Translations under genes and position numbers: made by a program
In this document: positions 12,101 through 25,339 of the stretch, one piece after another
Numbering within the stretch: position 1 is the stretch's first letter
Layout: the number at the start of each line of letters is the position of its first letter
Assembly (NCBI GenBank): GCA_002189035.1
Contig: NEEC01000009.1
Coordinates: 1,240,001 to 1,304,000, forward strand
From: Utricularia gibba
Taxonomy: Eukaryota > Plantae > Magnoliophyta
Length of the DNA stretch: 64,000 nt
Direction: 5' to 3'
The notes under the pieces: model-generated
The model's database searches: none
What the model saw: only the letters and a program-made list of their open reading frames with translations
Told to the model about the DNA's origin: nothing

Positions 12101-15100
12101 ATAAGGACAAAGAGAAGAGCAAGGATGGAGAAAAGGGAAAGGAGAAGGATGTTGAAAGGAAGGGGGAATCTGACAAAGACAAAACCAAGGGTCTTGATGG
12201 AAAAAATCTTGAGGCTTTGCTGCACAGACTTCCAAATTGTATAAGCCGTGATCTCATTGACCAGCTGACGGTAAGTTTTGTGTAGTATGTGTTAGTCCTT
12301 CTTTGTTTTTTTTTTTTTTTTCTACTTGATGGTGAACAGGCCCATGAGCTTTGCCAATTTTCAGGTAGAATTTTGCTATTTGAATTCAAAGTCCAGTCGC
12401 AAAAAGCTAGTGAGGGCTTTATTCAGTGTTCCAAGAACATCCCTGGAGTTGCTCCCATATTATTCGCGAATGGTTGCAACGTTGTCAACTTGCATGAGAG
12501 ATGTGCCATCCATGCTCTTACATTTGCTGGAGGAGGAATTCAATGCACTGACAAATAAGAAGGTGAAATGCAGCAGATTTACTACGTTCATGGCTTGTAG
12601 TTTGTTTCAGGAATTTATCTTAGACTGCTTGTTGCAGGATCAAATGAATATTGAAACAAAAATAAGGAACATACGCTTCATAGGAGAACTTTGCAAGTTT
12701 AAAGTTGCTCCACATGGCCTTGTTTTTACTTGTCTAAAGGTATTGATGAAATTTGTTATTAAATGAAGTTTGTAGCAAGGTGCAATCTTCAGTTATGCTT
12801 CTATCACTATATGCAATTTAATATCTTATAACATTGAAAATCTTGATTTCAGGTTTGTTTAGATGATTTCACGCATCATAATGTTGATGTTGCCTGCAAC
12901 CTACTTGAAACCTGTGGTCGTTTCCTGTATCGGTCTCCAGAGACTACAGTTCGCATGTCAAATATGTTGGACATATTGATGCGCTTGAAAAATGTAAAAA
13001 ACTTAGATCCTCGGCAAAGTACATTAGTGGAGAATGCTTATTACTTGTGTAAACCGCCAGAAAGATCTGCTCGGGTCTCCAAAGTTAGGCATCCTCTTCA
13101 TCAGGTCTGCGGCAATGTATTTAGGAGTTTATAATTCTGATATGAACCTGAAAATTGATGCCAAACGTTTTTGTGTTCTACAGTATATTCGCAAGCTACT
13201 TTTCTCAGATCTTGACAAGTTATCCATCGAGCATGTGTTACGACAACTTCGCAAGCTTCCTTGGAATGAATGCCAGTCATATCTTTTGAAGTGTTTTCTG
13301 AAGATTCACAAGGGAAAGTATGGTCAGATTCATTTGATAGCCTTACTTACTGCTGGCCTTGGTCGTTATCATGATGAATTTGCAGTCGCAGTTGTGGATG
13401 AGGTTAGCTCCAATTTTGAAACTCGGATATGAATATTAGAATTTTATCTTATCGAAGGTTTGCTTCATGTAAATTGTGTGCTCAACTTCAAAACATGGAA
13501 GGGAATAATATCTTTCTGCTTATATGAAAATTCATTTTCTTTTGTTTTTAAGTGGAGGGCTTCAATGGGAGGACCAGTTAATGGATACATTTTCCTAGAT
13601 AAGGAAACTGAGAAGCATGCATGGGTGTGGTTTGAGATCATAGTAAGATATTTAACTTCACATTTTCACTTATCATCCAGGTTTTGGAGGAAATAATCGT
13701 AGGGCTAGAGGTGAATGACTATGGACTACAGCAACAGCGCATTGCATTTATGCGATTTCTGGGGGAATTGTACAACTATAAACTGGTGGAATCGTCTGTT
13801 ATTTTTGATACTCTGTATCTCATTCTTGCGTTTGGACATGGAACAAAAGAGGTATGGAGTTCAAATCATTGCACATTCTATAATCTGTTGATGCTTCTTC
13901 TGAGAGCGAGGTGTTGCTAATGTTTGCATGACCAGCAAGATGCACTGGATCCCCCAGAGGACTGCTTTCGCATTAGAATGATCATCACACTTCTTCAGAC
14001 ATGTGGTCATTATTTTGACGGAGGCTCTTCAAAGAGGAAGCTTGATCGGTTCTTGATTCATTTCCAGAGATACATACTGTCCAAAGGTGTACTTCCTCTG
14101 GATATCGAGTTTGACCTGCAGGTTGGTTTTTTGTGTCTGAACTTTCCTAGTTTCCATGCTCCACGTATACAGATCTCATTGTTGAAGAATCCGTTAGACA
14201 TAAATTGTCTTGGAGAACTCGTGGATTTCTCGAGGGAGATTTTTATCAAAATAAATGTCTGTTCAGGGGTGCATGCGAGGTCATCTAATTGGAATTTAAC
14301 TGAGTCTCTAGTGTTCAACTTTGTTTACCTTAATCATGATTGACATGGCACTGAGCTTATTAAGTGGGAAACTTTCAGGACTTATTTGTTGAATTAAGAC
14401 CAAAAATGATTCGGTATTCTACCATCGAAGAGGCCAGTGCTGCCTTAGTTGAACTTGAAGAACTTGAGCAACGGATATCTGTAGAGAAAGTTCAAATTGA
14501 GAAGCAATCAGACACAGACACTCCAGCCAGGAGCACGAGTTCTGTCTCTGTAGCAGCAAATGAGCGTGATGCTGGGGATGACGTTGAGAATGGCGAACGG
14601 CATGAAAATGGTATGACTGATAGTGATACCGGGAGTGGCAGCATTGACGATGAGGAATGGGATGGAGAGAATCCAGATGAAGCTGAAAGTGAAGATGATT
14701 ATGAAGATGGAGGTGACCCCGCCTCCGATGAAGATGATGAGGTACATGTCAGGCAGAAGGTTGCAGAGACGGACCCTCAGGAAACTGCTGATTTTGACCG
14801 AGAGCTTCGGGCCCTAATGCAGGCAAGATACCACCTACAATCTGCATGCGTGTTTTGATTGTTATGCTTACTGCATTTAACCCCTGCCATGAAGCACTTA
14901 CTGACCTACGTATGCTGCAGGAAAGCTTGGACTCCAGGAAGCTGGAGCTGAGATCGCGCCCTAGTATCAACATGACGATTCCTATCAATATTTTTGAGGG
15001 TCACCACGGTAGAGGAGTCGAGGGCGAAAGCGGTGATGATGCAGCCGACGAGGGATCTGGGGAAACAAAGGAGGTTCGGGTGAAGGTACTCGTGAAGCGT

Positions 15101-15400
15101 GGCAACAAACAGCAGACGAAGCAGATGTATATTCCCCGTGATTGCTCTCTGGTTCAGAGCACAAAGCAGAAGGAAGCTGCCGAGCTTGAAGAAAAGCAAG
15201 ATATAAAGCGCCTTGTGCTGGAGTACAACGACAGGGAAGAGGAGGAACTCGGAACGCAGCCCCTGAATCGGAGCCAGAGTGGTGGAGGCAGAGTAGCCAA
15301 CAGGGGACGAACATGGGATGGGCACCAGAAGTCTTCCGGATCCCGTCACAGACATATCTTTCATTCTGGCGCTGGTCTTTACTACGGCAGGAGAAGATGA
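9183..15400 (+). CDS. UPF2: Regulator of nonsense transcripts UPF2, 17 exons
   Basis: LDSSIKRNTAVIKKLKQ, MIF4G-domain segments (VEFCYLNSKSSRKKLVRALF, NIRFIGELCKF, RIRMIITLLQTCG), an acidic region, and the C-terminal KQQTKQMYIPRDCSLVQSTKQKEAAELEEKQDIKRLVLEY. Exons were traced in frame. Confidence 0.96.
10144..10168. repeat. poly(T)25 tract in a UPF2 intron
   Basis: Counted directly in the sequence. Confidence 0.9.
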
Positions 15401-15573
15401 CGTTTCACTAGTTGCAGACATCACAATGCTGCCACCCAAATCGATCAAGGCTCGCGCGTCAGCGAATGCAAGGATATGGGTAGCCAGTGTGTGGCTTTGC
15501 CTGGTATCTAGTAGTCTGTTAACAAAAGCATTCTTGCAAAGCGAAACTACGCATTTTAAGTTTGAAGTTGGCA

Positions 15574-16406
15574 TCAGTAGAAGGAGATGCTGTACAGGAG
15601 TTTCCTGTGATGTTGTCTCTCGAAGTTGACGACGATGTCGTCGATGGAGTCCTCCCAGTTTTCGGTACGCTCAAGCTGCAGATGCATTCCCTTGTAAGTG
15701 CCCCGAAAAACTCACAGAACTAGGCATCAAGAACATGCATCCATATTACGCACAGTAGTACCTCTAAGCACAACTGCAGAGCGAGGCGGCCACCAATGGC
15801 TGCCTCCTCGTGGTTATCTTTCACCTCCAAGTTGATTACCAAAACAGGCTTCAGTTGCAGATGGGGCCGAGTGTGTAAATCTGCACATGTAACCGCAGTT
15901 CTCTTAGTAGTTGAAAACCAAACAGAAGAGATAATGGGAGGTGAATCAGCACCGACCTTCAACGACACTATCGAATACCTTCTCTTCGAAAGTGAGCACC
16001 ACATCAAAAGCTCCATCGGAAGCGTTTACTTGCCATCGCTGGGGTGCGATTTTCACGGCTACGTTCCTTTTCAGCATCGGCAGTATCCCGTTTCTGCGAT
16101 ACCTGATAAAAACCCTCGGATTTCGAATAAACGATGGACGGCTTTCGCATAAAATTGGAAGTTAAAAGGCACAAAATGGAAGGTTGCATACAATTCAGGG
16201 TCCTTGCGACGGAGCTCCTCAAGCATGTGCTTGTAGGGAGTGCCGAAATCGTAGACATTGGGCTCTCGTAGGGATGGACCAGGCAGCTTGACGTGTTGCC
16301 CAGTGCCGTAGGACGATACGTCCAATCCTTCCTTCTTCAGCAACGAATGCGCCTCCATGCTCCGATTCTGGTTCGACGAACACACCATCGCGTACCGGAG
16401 CTTCAT
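15574..16406 (-). CDS. SSU72: RNA polymerase II CTD phosphatase SSU72, 4 exons
   Basis: Catalytic VCSSNQNRSMEAH (CX5R) motif, SYGTG, APQRWQ, FDVVLTFEEKVFD, DNHEEA, and the C-terminus RKLLYSISFY*. Confidence 0.96.
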
Positions 16407-17822
16407 CGCCGCCGCGCTCTTCTCCCGACTTCAGTTCTACAACCACAAATGGCTTCCAGTAAATGAAATTGCCCTGCCCTATAAAAACAAATTCCCAATT
16501 CACCACTACCAAGTCCGAATCAAATTTAATTGCAAGATTTTATTAATACAAACTAAAAAGTACGCTAAAATTGGAATCATTAAAGTAAAATTTAATTAAA
16601 ATTAAATATGCTCATTAATTTTTAATATATGTTTGATAAATAGTTAAATTTATTTCCAAAAATATATATTAATTTTTAGAACATTATAATAAAGAATCAT
16701 ATTGATATAAAGAATCGTCATATAATGAGGCTCCTCTTCAACTAGTAATGATTAAATTGAATATAATTATATAATTATCAGAATATTATTATTGCTTAAA
16801 AAAATTCATCATATATTAAAACTAAACTTTTTATTAAAAACATTTAAAACAACACCCGTTAATAATTAAAAATGTGTCTAGTGAAGTTGAGAGCATTTTC
16901 TTGTTCTTTGTTTGTTCGGGCGGGGTACGGGCTTCTCACTCCTTCTGTACATCTATAAATACCTTCAACAATTCTCAACATGGGGATGATGCAGGCTTGC
17001 GGGTGGCATCATGTATTTCCGCATACACCTACTCTAGCGAAACTTCCCTGTCCAGGCGCCATGGCTGTGACCTCTCGGCATGGCGTAGTTGCAAGTATCC
17101 GGCGATCACTGCCGGCATTCGCTTTTGCTGTCGAGGATGACGTTTCTGTTCCCTGGCTCTCCGCTTGCGCTTTTAGTGCATAAACCTTCGAAGGTGCCAA
17201 CATTTACAACTCACCATTCCCGAAGAAAAGAAAAACAACCAAAACCCGTTCTGCCTCAGAACCTAGCAGTTCATGTTTGCGCTGAGACCAGCCACTCCAC
17301 AGATCCCGGCACAAAACATTATTCTGAATGTTAGAATGAGTACAATTCATGAGCTTGAACTACACACTTTAGAGTGGATAAATAAGAAAAAAAAAGAATG
17401 GTAATGATTAAAGGAATATTTTTTGTTGTATTGTTGGAAAAAAGACAAGTAGGAACATTTTTTTTTCAAGTGTAATAACCTCTCGAGCGCATCATCTTAA
17501 TTTGTCGGGACGCATGGCCCCACGCTCTCATCCCCTCTCTTGATCGTCATAGATCACGTTACTTCACCAGCACCAGCTGAGGAAGAAAGAAACTAGAGAT
17601 TGAGAGGAGAATAACCCCACTGGATTCTTCCTCTTCCTCCTCAGCTCGGCACGCTGAAGGTTCATCTGTGCAAAGGGGAATGCAGAAAGTGGACGCCATT
17701 TTACTGGAAAAGAAGTAGCTTTTTTCCAGTTCCACAGGGCTTCTTCGGTTGCTCCCATGGCTATCTGATCCTGATGATCCACTAGTCCTTCTTCATATTA
17801 AGATAGACTGCTTCCTCCACTG

Positions 17823-19751
17823 ATGCTGAACGCCAGCGATTCACAACAGCATCCGCCTTCATCAAACGGGAATGGTAAGAAGAAACGGTTACCTGCCGGA
17901 ACCCCAGGTAAGAAGAATGGTGATACATGGAGATGTTCAATAAATCAAAATTCCCCTTGATTTTAATAGGGTTTTGTCATCCAGATCCAGAAGCGGAAGT
18001 GGTATCCCTCTCTCCCAAAACCCTTCTTGAGTCGGATCGGTTTGTGTGCGAGATCTGCAACCAGGGTTTCCAAAGGGATCAGAATCTTCAGATGCACCGG
18101 CGCCGCCATAAGGTGCCGTGGAAGCTGGTGAAACGAGATAACACGACTCCTAAAAGGCGTGTCTACGTGTGTCCGGAGCCGAGCTGCCTCCACCACGACC
18201 CCGGGCACGCGCTCGGGGACCTCGTGGGTATCAAGAAGCATTACCGGAGGAAACACAGCAACCAGAAGCAATGGGTTTGCTACAAATGCTCCAAGGGATA
18301 CGCCGTGCAATCTGATTACAAAGCGCATCTCAAAACGTGTGGGACACGGGGCCATTCTTGCGACTGCGGCCGTGTCTTCTCCAGGTCTCCCCTTTACTTC
18401 TTCTTCCTCTTATTATCACTGTTTGTTTATCAGTCATTTCAAAGACTGTATTTTTCTTTTTTTTCATGGTACTTGGATTCGAGTGCGTGTCTGTTGTGTT
18501 TGAATGAGAGTGTGTCAAATCATTTTCTGGGAGAAAAGCAGTGACAGTATATTTATGCGCTACTGCACCAAAGCTTCTGTTGGGCTTTGACTCTCACATC
18601 ACATCCCATACCTAGTCTGTTATCCTACAGGTTTTATTGGGGATTGTCCTAATTCATAGGAGATTAGTGCCAAATTTGATTTAGGGGTTTCTTCTTCTGT
18701 GATATTTCGGTTTCACAAGTGTGCATTGAATACTAAAGCTCTAACCTTTATGTGAAAAAAAAAACTGTTTAACAGTTCTGCAAAAGTAGTTTTTGATGCT
18801 AAGAAAACAAGTTTTTGCACCATGACTGATACAAATCAATGTCCAAATCTCATGTTTGATACAATTGTGTGTACTTCCAGTTCATTGTCTGAGTTACAAC
18901 TTTTTTTCAAATGGTAAGATGCAATAATGGTGTTTGTGAGGTCTTCAAGACAATCTTCATCATGGGGAGATTGGAGAGATGGCATGGGGTCTTGTTTCCC
19001 GATTTGAATTGTGTACTTTTTCCATGAGATTATTACATCTTCCTCAAACTTGTAATGTGACTCGTGGGTTTTCTCAGGGTGGAGAGCTTCATCGAGCATC
19101 AAGACGTCTGCCATATTCGTCTCCGGGCACTGCAACCACCGCAGCCGATGCCGCTTTGCGTTTCCGGTCAAATTTCCAATGCCGGTTTTGCGGCTCCGCC
19201 GCTGCCGGTGGAGCCCGTGCTCCCTAACCTCGAGCTCCAGCTCCTTACAACTGAAAATGAGGCCACTAAAAAACCCAACAACCAGCAATGGGACTCCACG
19301 TCCCGATTCCACCTCTCCATTGGCTCGCCATTTGCAACCTCCATTGATCCACAGTTCTCGAGGATGAAGGAGCACGCCGAAGAAGAGATGGAACATGCCA
19401 TGGCCGATAAAGCTTACGCTGACGAGGCACGGTGGCAGGCACAACTTCAGGTTCGCTTGTTTCATACACTGGTTGGAGTGCGTATATCAGAACTCAGGCC
19501 ACAAGTTCATGAACTGGATTCAAACTTATTGCCTCCAATTTCATAAGGTTCAACTGGCGGAGCAAGAGTTAAGCAACGCGAAGCGAATCCGGCAGCAAGC
19601 CACCGCGGAGCTGATGAAAGCTCAAGCACTGAAAGAAGTAGCAACCAGGCAAATCAATGCCGTCATGCTCCACTTCACTTGTGACTCCTGCAATCAGAAG
19701 CTGCACCAAGGTTCGAGCCCCATGCAGTCTGAATCCTACGATGGGAAATGA
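17823..19751 (+). CDS. INDETERMINATE DOMAIN C2H2 zinc-finger factor, IDD14/15/16 (SGR5) clade, 4 exons
   Basis: PAGTPDPEAEVVSLSPKTLLESDRFVCEICNQGFQRDQNLQMHRRRHKVPWKL, CDCGRVFSRVESFIEHQD, and the coiled-coil tail AMADKAYADEAR...LAEQELSNAKRIRQQA. Confidence 0.93.
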
Positions 19752-20220
19752 AGAGAGGCTCACACAAGTAACAACCCTCTTCTTCAACATAAACTTTCCA
19801 ATCATCTGTTATCATACTCATGTATTGTGCAATAATTGTTCCCTAATTGTCATTGCTGGTTGTACTTGTAACATGGCAATTCTTTTGAATTTTGTGTTAG
19901 CTTGGCGTTTTGCTGCATTGTCACAGCCTCTGAGTTCATTCATAGTCCACTGGGGAAAGGTACAATCCCACACAAGGAAGAGAAAACCCTTGCCAGAGAC
20001 ATTTTTTTAATGTGTTCGATAAAAGAAGGTGAATCAACACAGCTTTTTTTTTTACGAAGAATTTCACTGTTGAAGTTGAACCCCACCGGTGTGATCTGAG
20101 CACGGGAATAACGGTGATGGCTTTACACTTTACAGCATGTGAAAAAGAGACAGCACCGCACAAGAGGAGTGGGGTTTAGGAGGAGTTAAGAGAAAGGGGA
20201 TAAGCATCAGACCCAGAAGC

Positions 20221-20244
20221 AGCAGGAGCAGGAGCAGGAGCAGC
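20221..20244. repeat. (AGCAGG)3-AGCAGC microsatellite
   Basis: Read directly: agcaggagcaggagcaggagcagc. Confidence 0.85.
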
Positions 20245-21345
20245 AGCTGACCTGATAAATGCTAATGAAAGGCTGCATGATTTTCAGTGCCAGTCTCGTC
20301 TCTCTCAATCCCCTTCCCAGCCAGCACCAAGCTATACATACAGGCATACATACGTCGAGATATATAGATATACACCAAACCTAACTTGTCATTTTCTCTT
20401 TAAGGCCCATATATTCATTCCCATTCCTTCTTTTTACATCTGCAGCAGCGCCAACTCCCATGCCACCTCCCTCCAATCATTATCTTGTGCAATCATCATT
20501 CCCTCCCAATAGCAGTTATCTTGTAGTGAAAAAGTAAAGCTTGCGGAAACCAGATTTGTAAAGCTTTTTCCATGAGTAAACCGAAAGCATTCATTGAACT
20601 TCTCAAATTAGCTTGTTCAATGAAAAGCAAGCAGCAGTTTTTTCCCTAGGGGTAAAAATGACAACCAAATTGTCTGTCGAGAGACTTCCTTCTCTATCTT
20701 TTGGACCACACCTCAGAGAAACTTTCCCTGTCTTGGTCTCAATATCTCAACTAGTTTTTTGGGTGTCCTTGAATGAATCAATGGGTAGATGGCTCATGAA
20801 TTGCTCTGTGACTGGTGAAGCAGAAAACAATGGGGGAGAACAAAAAAGGGTTCTTTTTAGAAAAGAATAAAAAAGGAGCTTTTTGATGATGCACTATGCA
20901 GATTCATTTTGATTCTTTCCTTTGGAAAACATATGTAAAATCAAAAGGTGGGTTGTGTCTTGTGGGTGGCGCCATCCACCCACATGGGCTGGCCCTGCGC
21001 CCATCCTCACTAGTAGCTTTCACACGTTTCCCTGTCTTATGAGGACACTGATGTAACCTTATACATAACTCAGAAACCTGTCCAAGAGTAAGAACCGAGC
21101 TACTGTTTGCGTCTGTATGGGCTTAGATGAAGCGGGTTGGGATTGCTCACTATCGAAATTCATCTATCTCCTTTCCTCAGAGTAGGAGCCACTATTTGCT
21201 TGATAGTTGATGACAGGAGTGGCGTTTCCTTGCCAGAAGCCTTTATAGTGTATATCATCTTTCCAACTGCTCAAGATATTGAGTTGTTAATGTTCTACAC
21301 GAGACAAAAAAAAAAAAAAAAGTTCCTTTAAAAAAGAATCCCGAG

Positions 21346-24240
21346 TCACCGGGGCTTGCTTGATCTTCCTTTATCTTCCTTGTGCTTTTCTGTTAGATGT
21401 CCTTGCTGTCTATAGAAGAGAGTGAGGGCTGCAGAAACAAGCAATGCAGAGACTGCAAAAGCTGAAGATGCGTTGAGTTGCAGAGGACTCCTGTGCAGAC
21501 ATGCAGCAGATGTACTGCTTGACCATACTGATGCAAAATTTTCCCCGCTACGTTTACTACTGAAACATTAAGATTCTGTTAGAGGGATCATTCTGCACCG
21601 TATGTTAAAATCCAAGATAATCAACTGCAACCAAAGTTTTGGTTGCTCATACCGCAAGAGATTCTTGATTGATTTCCACCAATGCCTGGTTTCACTTCTG
21701 TCGCTCGAAGGCTGGTCTACATCGTCTTTACCAGATGTTTCTGGATGATGACCACAAGAAATCAACCTTAAGGAAAGATGAAGAAGAGTAGAAAATGTCT
21801 GAAAGCAGAGATATTGGCTCAGGCAGGAACCTCTGTATGTGGTTTTGGTGACCCCATGTTTCCTGATAGAAGCCAATTCTTCAACCAGTGCACGCTCAGC
21901 GTTGCTAGGAACAGCATAACACACTAGATTAGCAAAATAGGATTAAAAGATCACTCCAAATATCGAATATAAGTAAACCAGGAACTGCAAGTCAGGGATA
22001 AGGAATCCTCAAACGACTTTGTAAATACAAACCTCATCTTTTTGGGGATCTGAACATCCACAGTGAAGAAGTGATCGCCTCTAGAGGAAGGTCTTTTGAT
22101 GTTGGGCACACCCAATTGTGGCAGCTTCAGTTTTTGCCCAGGCTGAGTTCCGGCAGGGATCCTAAGATCCTTCACCCCTTCAACCGTCTGAACCTGTTTG
22201 CAGTAAATGATCGATCAAACCATGCATGTTACCAAAATTCTATATCTTCATGATTTTGCTGATTCAGCAAAACCTTTGTTCTGGTTACCTTCTTAACTGT
22301 CCCTAAGATGGCTTCTGTATAATCTACATCGATATTGGAGTATAGATTCATTCCATCTCTCCGAATTCCTTGTTTCTCTTCAATATGGACTACCAAGTAC
22401 AAGTCACCAGCTACACCCCTGCATCAACAAGCGCATGAAGAGAAGAACATGCCTTGATAAAGGAAAAGAAATCAGTAATTGGTGTAAGACAAAATCTCAC
22501 CTTTTGTTGTCAAAATTTCCTTCCCCTTGAATTTGGATTGTGGCTCCATCATCGATACCAGGTGGAACAGCCACCTCAATGTTCTGCTTTTTCTGAACAT
22601 GACCATGACCACTGCAACGACGGCAATGATCAGTAATTATCTTCCCGTCGCCACGACATTTTGAGCACGAAGTCACCTATATTCCACAGTAAATCATCTA
22701 TACAAAATGTCAAACAAAGATCTGGAATTGAAGTCAACTTTAAAAAAAAAAATTACAAGGAACAGAGGCCAAGCTTCTAAGATGTAGAATACCTGTGATA
22801 CTATTCCAAAGGGAGTCTCCTGTGTCATGACTTTCCTTCCTCTACCATCACATTCGACACACTTTTTTATACATCCACTGGACTTTGCACCCGTTCCTCC
22901 ACAATCATCACATGTCATCGTCCGTTGTACTTCCACGTCATACTTTCCTCCACAGATGGAATCATTAAACCTCAAATACACATCATTTCTACAAAATACC
23001 AAACGGTATGATCAGTATTGCGGATCAAAACATGAGTTTCTTATGACAGCCTACACAAGGATGCTTCAGATGGTATCCCCAAGACATTCTTTGATAACAA
23101 AGTAGACATTAACCCAAAGAAAGATGATTTTTCATCGAAACATGGCTAAAAAAAGCACAACAAGATTAATACCGAATGTCAAGATTCCCATTGCCCCTCC
23201 GTGCAGACCTGAAGAAGCCTCTTTGATCACCAGTTGATCCAAAAATGTCATTAGAGTCACCAAAGAACTCAGAAAAGATTTCGAAAGGATCCACCTGAAA
23301 CGTGCAGCTTAAGTTAAGCAGTTATGTTCCACTAAATATAAAGACTGAAGCATGTCGAGAAAAATGTACAGTGGAATCATAACTACCAGAAGAACTCATA
23401 TACAGGATCCAAACAAAATAAAGTTCCTATAAACGGATGAAGGGCCACTGTCTTACTCCTTGTGGACCAGCAGAGGAAGCGTCGAATTCTCCTTGAAGAC
23501 CCTCCTCACCATAACGATCGTACAAGGCTCTTTTCTCAGGATCCGATAATACCTATAAAAGCACTCTTTTCATGGAGAAAACTTACAGGATAGAAAAAAA
23601 AAAAATCAATGCCGCATATTTGTATGGGTAAAAAAGATGCTTAAAGGTCCTTATCATATACATAGAGAAATATAGTTGGCAAGCACAAGCAGGTAACAAA
23701 AAAAGGCAACTGGGGAGGGATATTATGAACCTCATATGCAGCAGCTATTTCTTTAAACTTTTCTTCAGCCCCTGGGGCCTTGTTCATGTCAGGATGATAC
23801 TGCATGCGGCAAAGAGATTTTAGCAAGATCAATGAATAGCGGCATCACTACAACAACATTACAATCGCAAGAAAATGCAAAAGATTTTACATAAACAGGG
23901 TGAATGAAGTACGTACCTTCCGAGCGAGTGAACGATAAGCTGATTTAATTTCTTGCAAAGATGCATTTCTTCCAACTTTGAGGACAGAGTAATAATCAGG
24001 CCTCTGGGCGGTTCTCGCGGCAGCCGCCGCAATAAATGAACCTGAATGGCGACGTTTGCCGTAGCTTGAGTCGTTGAAACTGGGAGTCGAAGAAATACCC
24101 TTGAAGGTGGGGAAAATTGTGGCGGAGAAACCCAAAGTCTTGAAATTGAGAGCAGATATATGATTTGTATTGAAAACCAATTTAGGGTTCACCCCAAGTG
24201 ATCTGATGGAGTGAACACCCTGGTTTTGCGATAATGTCAT
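21346..24240 (-). CDS. Type A DnaJ co-chaperone with a plastid transit peptide and hydrophobic C-terminal extension (DJA7-like), 10 exons
   Basis: J-domain DYYSVL...YHPDMNK, four CxxCxGxG repeats ([32 protein letters not shown]), IPAGTQPG, and a Ser/Thr-rich N-terminus. Exons were traced in frame. Confidence 0.92.
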
Positions 24241-25339
24241 CGCTTTCGACAACTGGGTACGAGCGAAACAAAAAGAGTCCAGCTCCGGAGTTCCCTTAGG
24301 GCATCCTATTGCCTTGTAAAATGAAGGAAAACCTGGTTCACCAAATGGAATAGGAAACTAGTAAAATCCTGGATATTCATTATTGAAGCTCCAAGTTATC
24401 CAGATAACTAAAAACCAAGTCTTGGAATTCAGAAGTCTCACCAAGGATTAAGTGCTCCTTTTTAATTTGCTATGGAACTAACTTTTCCTGATTCAATCAC
24501 AAAAAATATTAGTTTTTTGTATCCTAATCTCCAGTATCACACTTCACCTTGTCATGATAAAAGGAGCTTTGTCCAATAGAACAAAAGGAGCTTTTCAAAA
24601 AAGCTCATCCCCTACATCCAAAATCTGGGTATTCTGCTGGAGTCTTGGAGAGGAGACTGAGACAATTCCAACAAACATTGTTTATAAATATTTTTCCTTT
24701 GCATCTAGATTCTTGAGCAGTTTATTTGGAGAAAACTCACAGTTTCGAATGTCCTATTGGAAGTAATCAAACTCCATTTTTTTTTGTCAAATCCATAACT
24801 GCTATTGAATGAGAAACTTCAAACTCTGGAACTATTTGCTCAGAGACTGTGTTTTAGTGTGAGCGCCTTCATTTTTAGTTTACCCAAAGATCAAAGCACA
24901 GGGCTTTTCTCACCGTTCAGGACCCATCTGTTGACAACTTGCACATCTCTGCAAAACATCAGGCGCCATCTTCTTCTGCCGCAACATGACTCTTTAACAA
25001 ATATGCATGCACCAGATTGCCAAGAAAGAGTTGTTTATTCTGTCACCAAACATCATTTTAATATAAAAAAGGACTAGAGATATTGATCCTCCAGCGTTCC
25101 CACCGGAGCTTCTGGATAAATGATTTATTATTGTATTCACAACCATACAAGTCACTTGGATCGATTCAACATCATTAAGGCTCCACATGGGTTTCCATTA
25201 CAAGCCAACTTCAACGATTTCACACGGAAGAACGAAGCCCCGAAGCAGATTGGCTTGCACCATCTCTTCCTAGTCATCACGCATGATTCCCCTTTATCCT
25301 CTTCTACCTTTTTCTTCTAATTACTACGCTGCTTCAGCA

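Noticed and set aside
14906-15574. 222-aa minus-strand ORF overlapping UPF2
   Set aside because: Antisense shadow of the last UPF2 exon, with no recognisable domain and a non-ATG start. The same applies to most other overlapping ORFs in the track, e.g. 38833-39111 opposite the calnexin P-domain.
16984-17012. GATGATGC...GTGGCATCAT resembling miR172 and miR172* fragments
   Set aside because: The arms are in the wrong order, only 8-10 nt match, and the loop is far too short for a precursor.
20587-20628. 10-bp perfect hairpin TTCATTGAAC/GTTCAATGAA with faint miR396* resemblance
   Set aside because: The stem is too short for a pre-miRNA, there is no mature miR396 sequence, and such stems arise by chance in AT-rich DNA.
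20961-20984. 9-bp inverted repeat TGTGGGTGG/CCACCCACA
   Set aside because: Isolated, with no target-site duplication or second copy; it cannot be assigned as a MITE or RNA structure.
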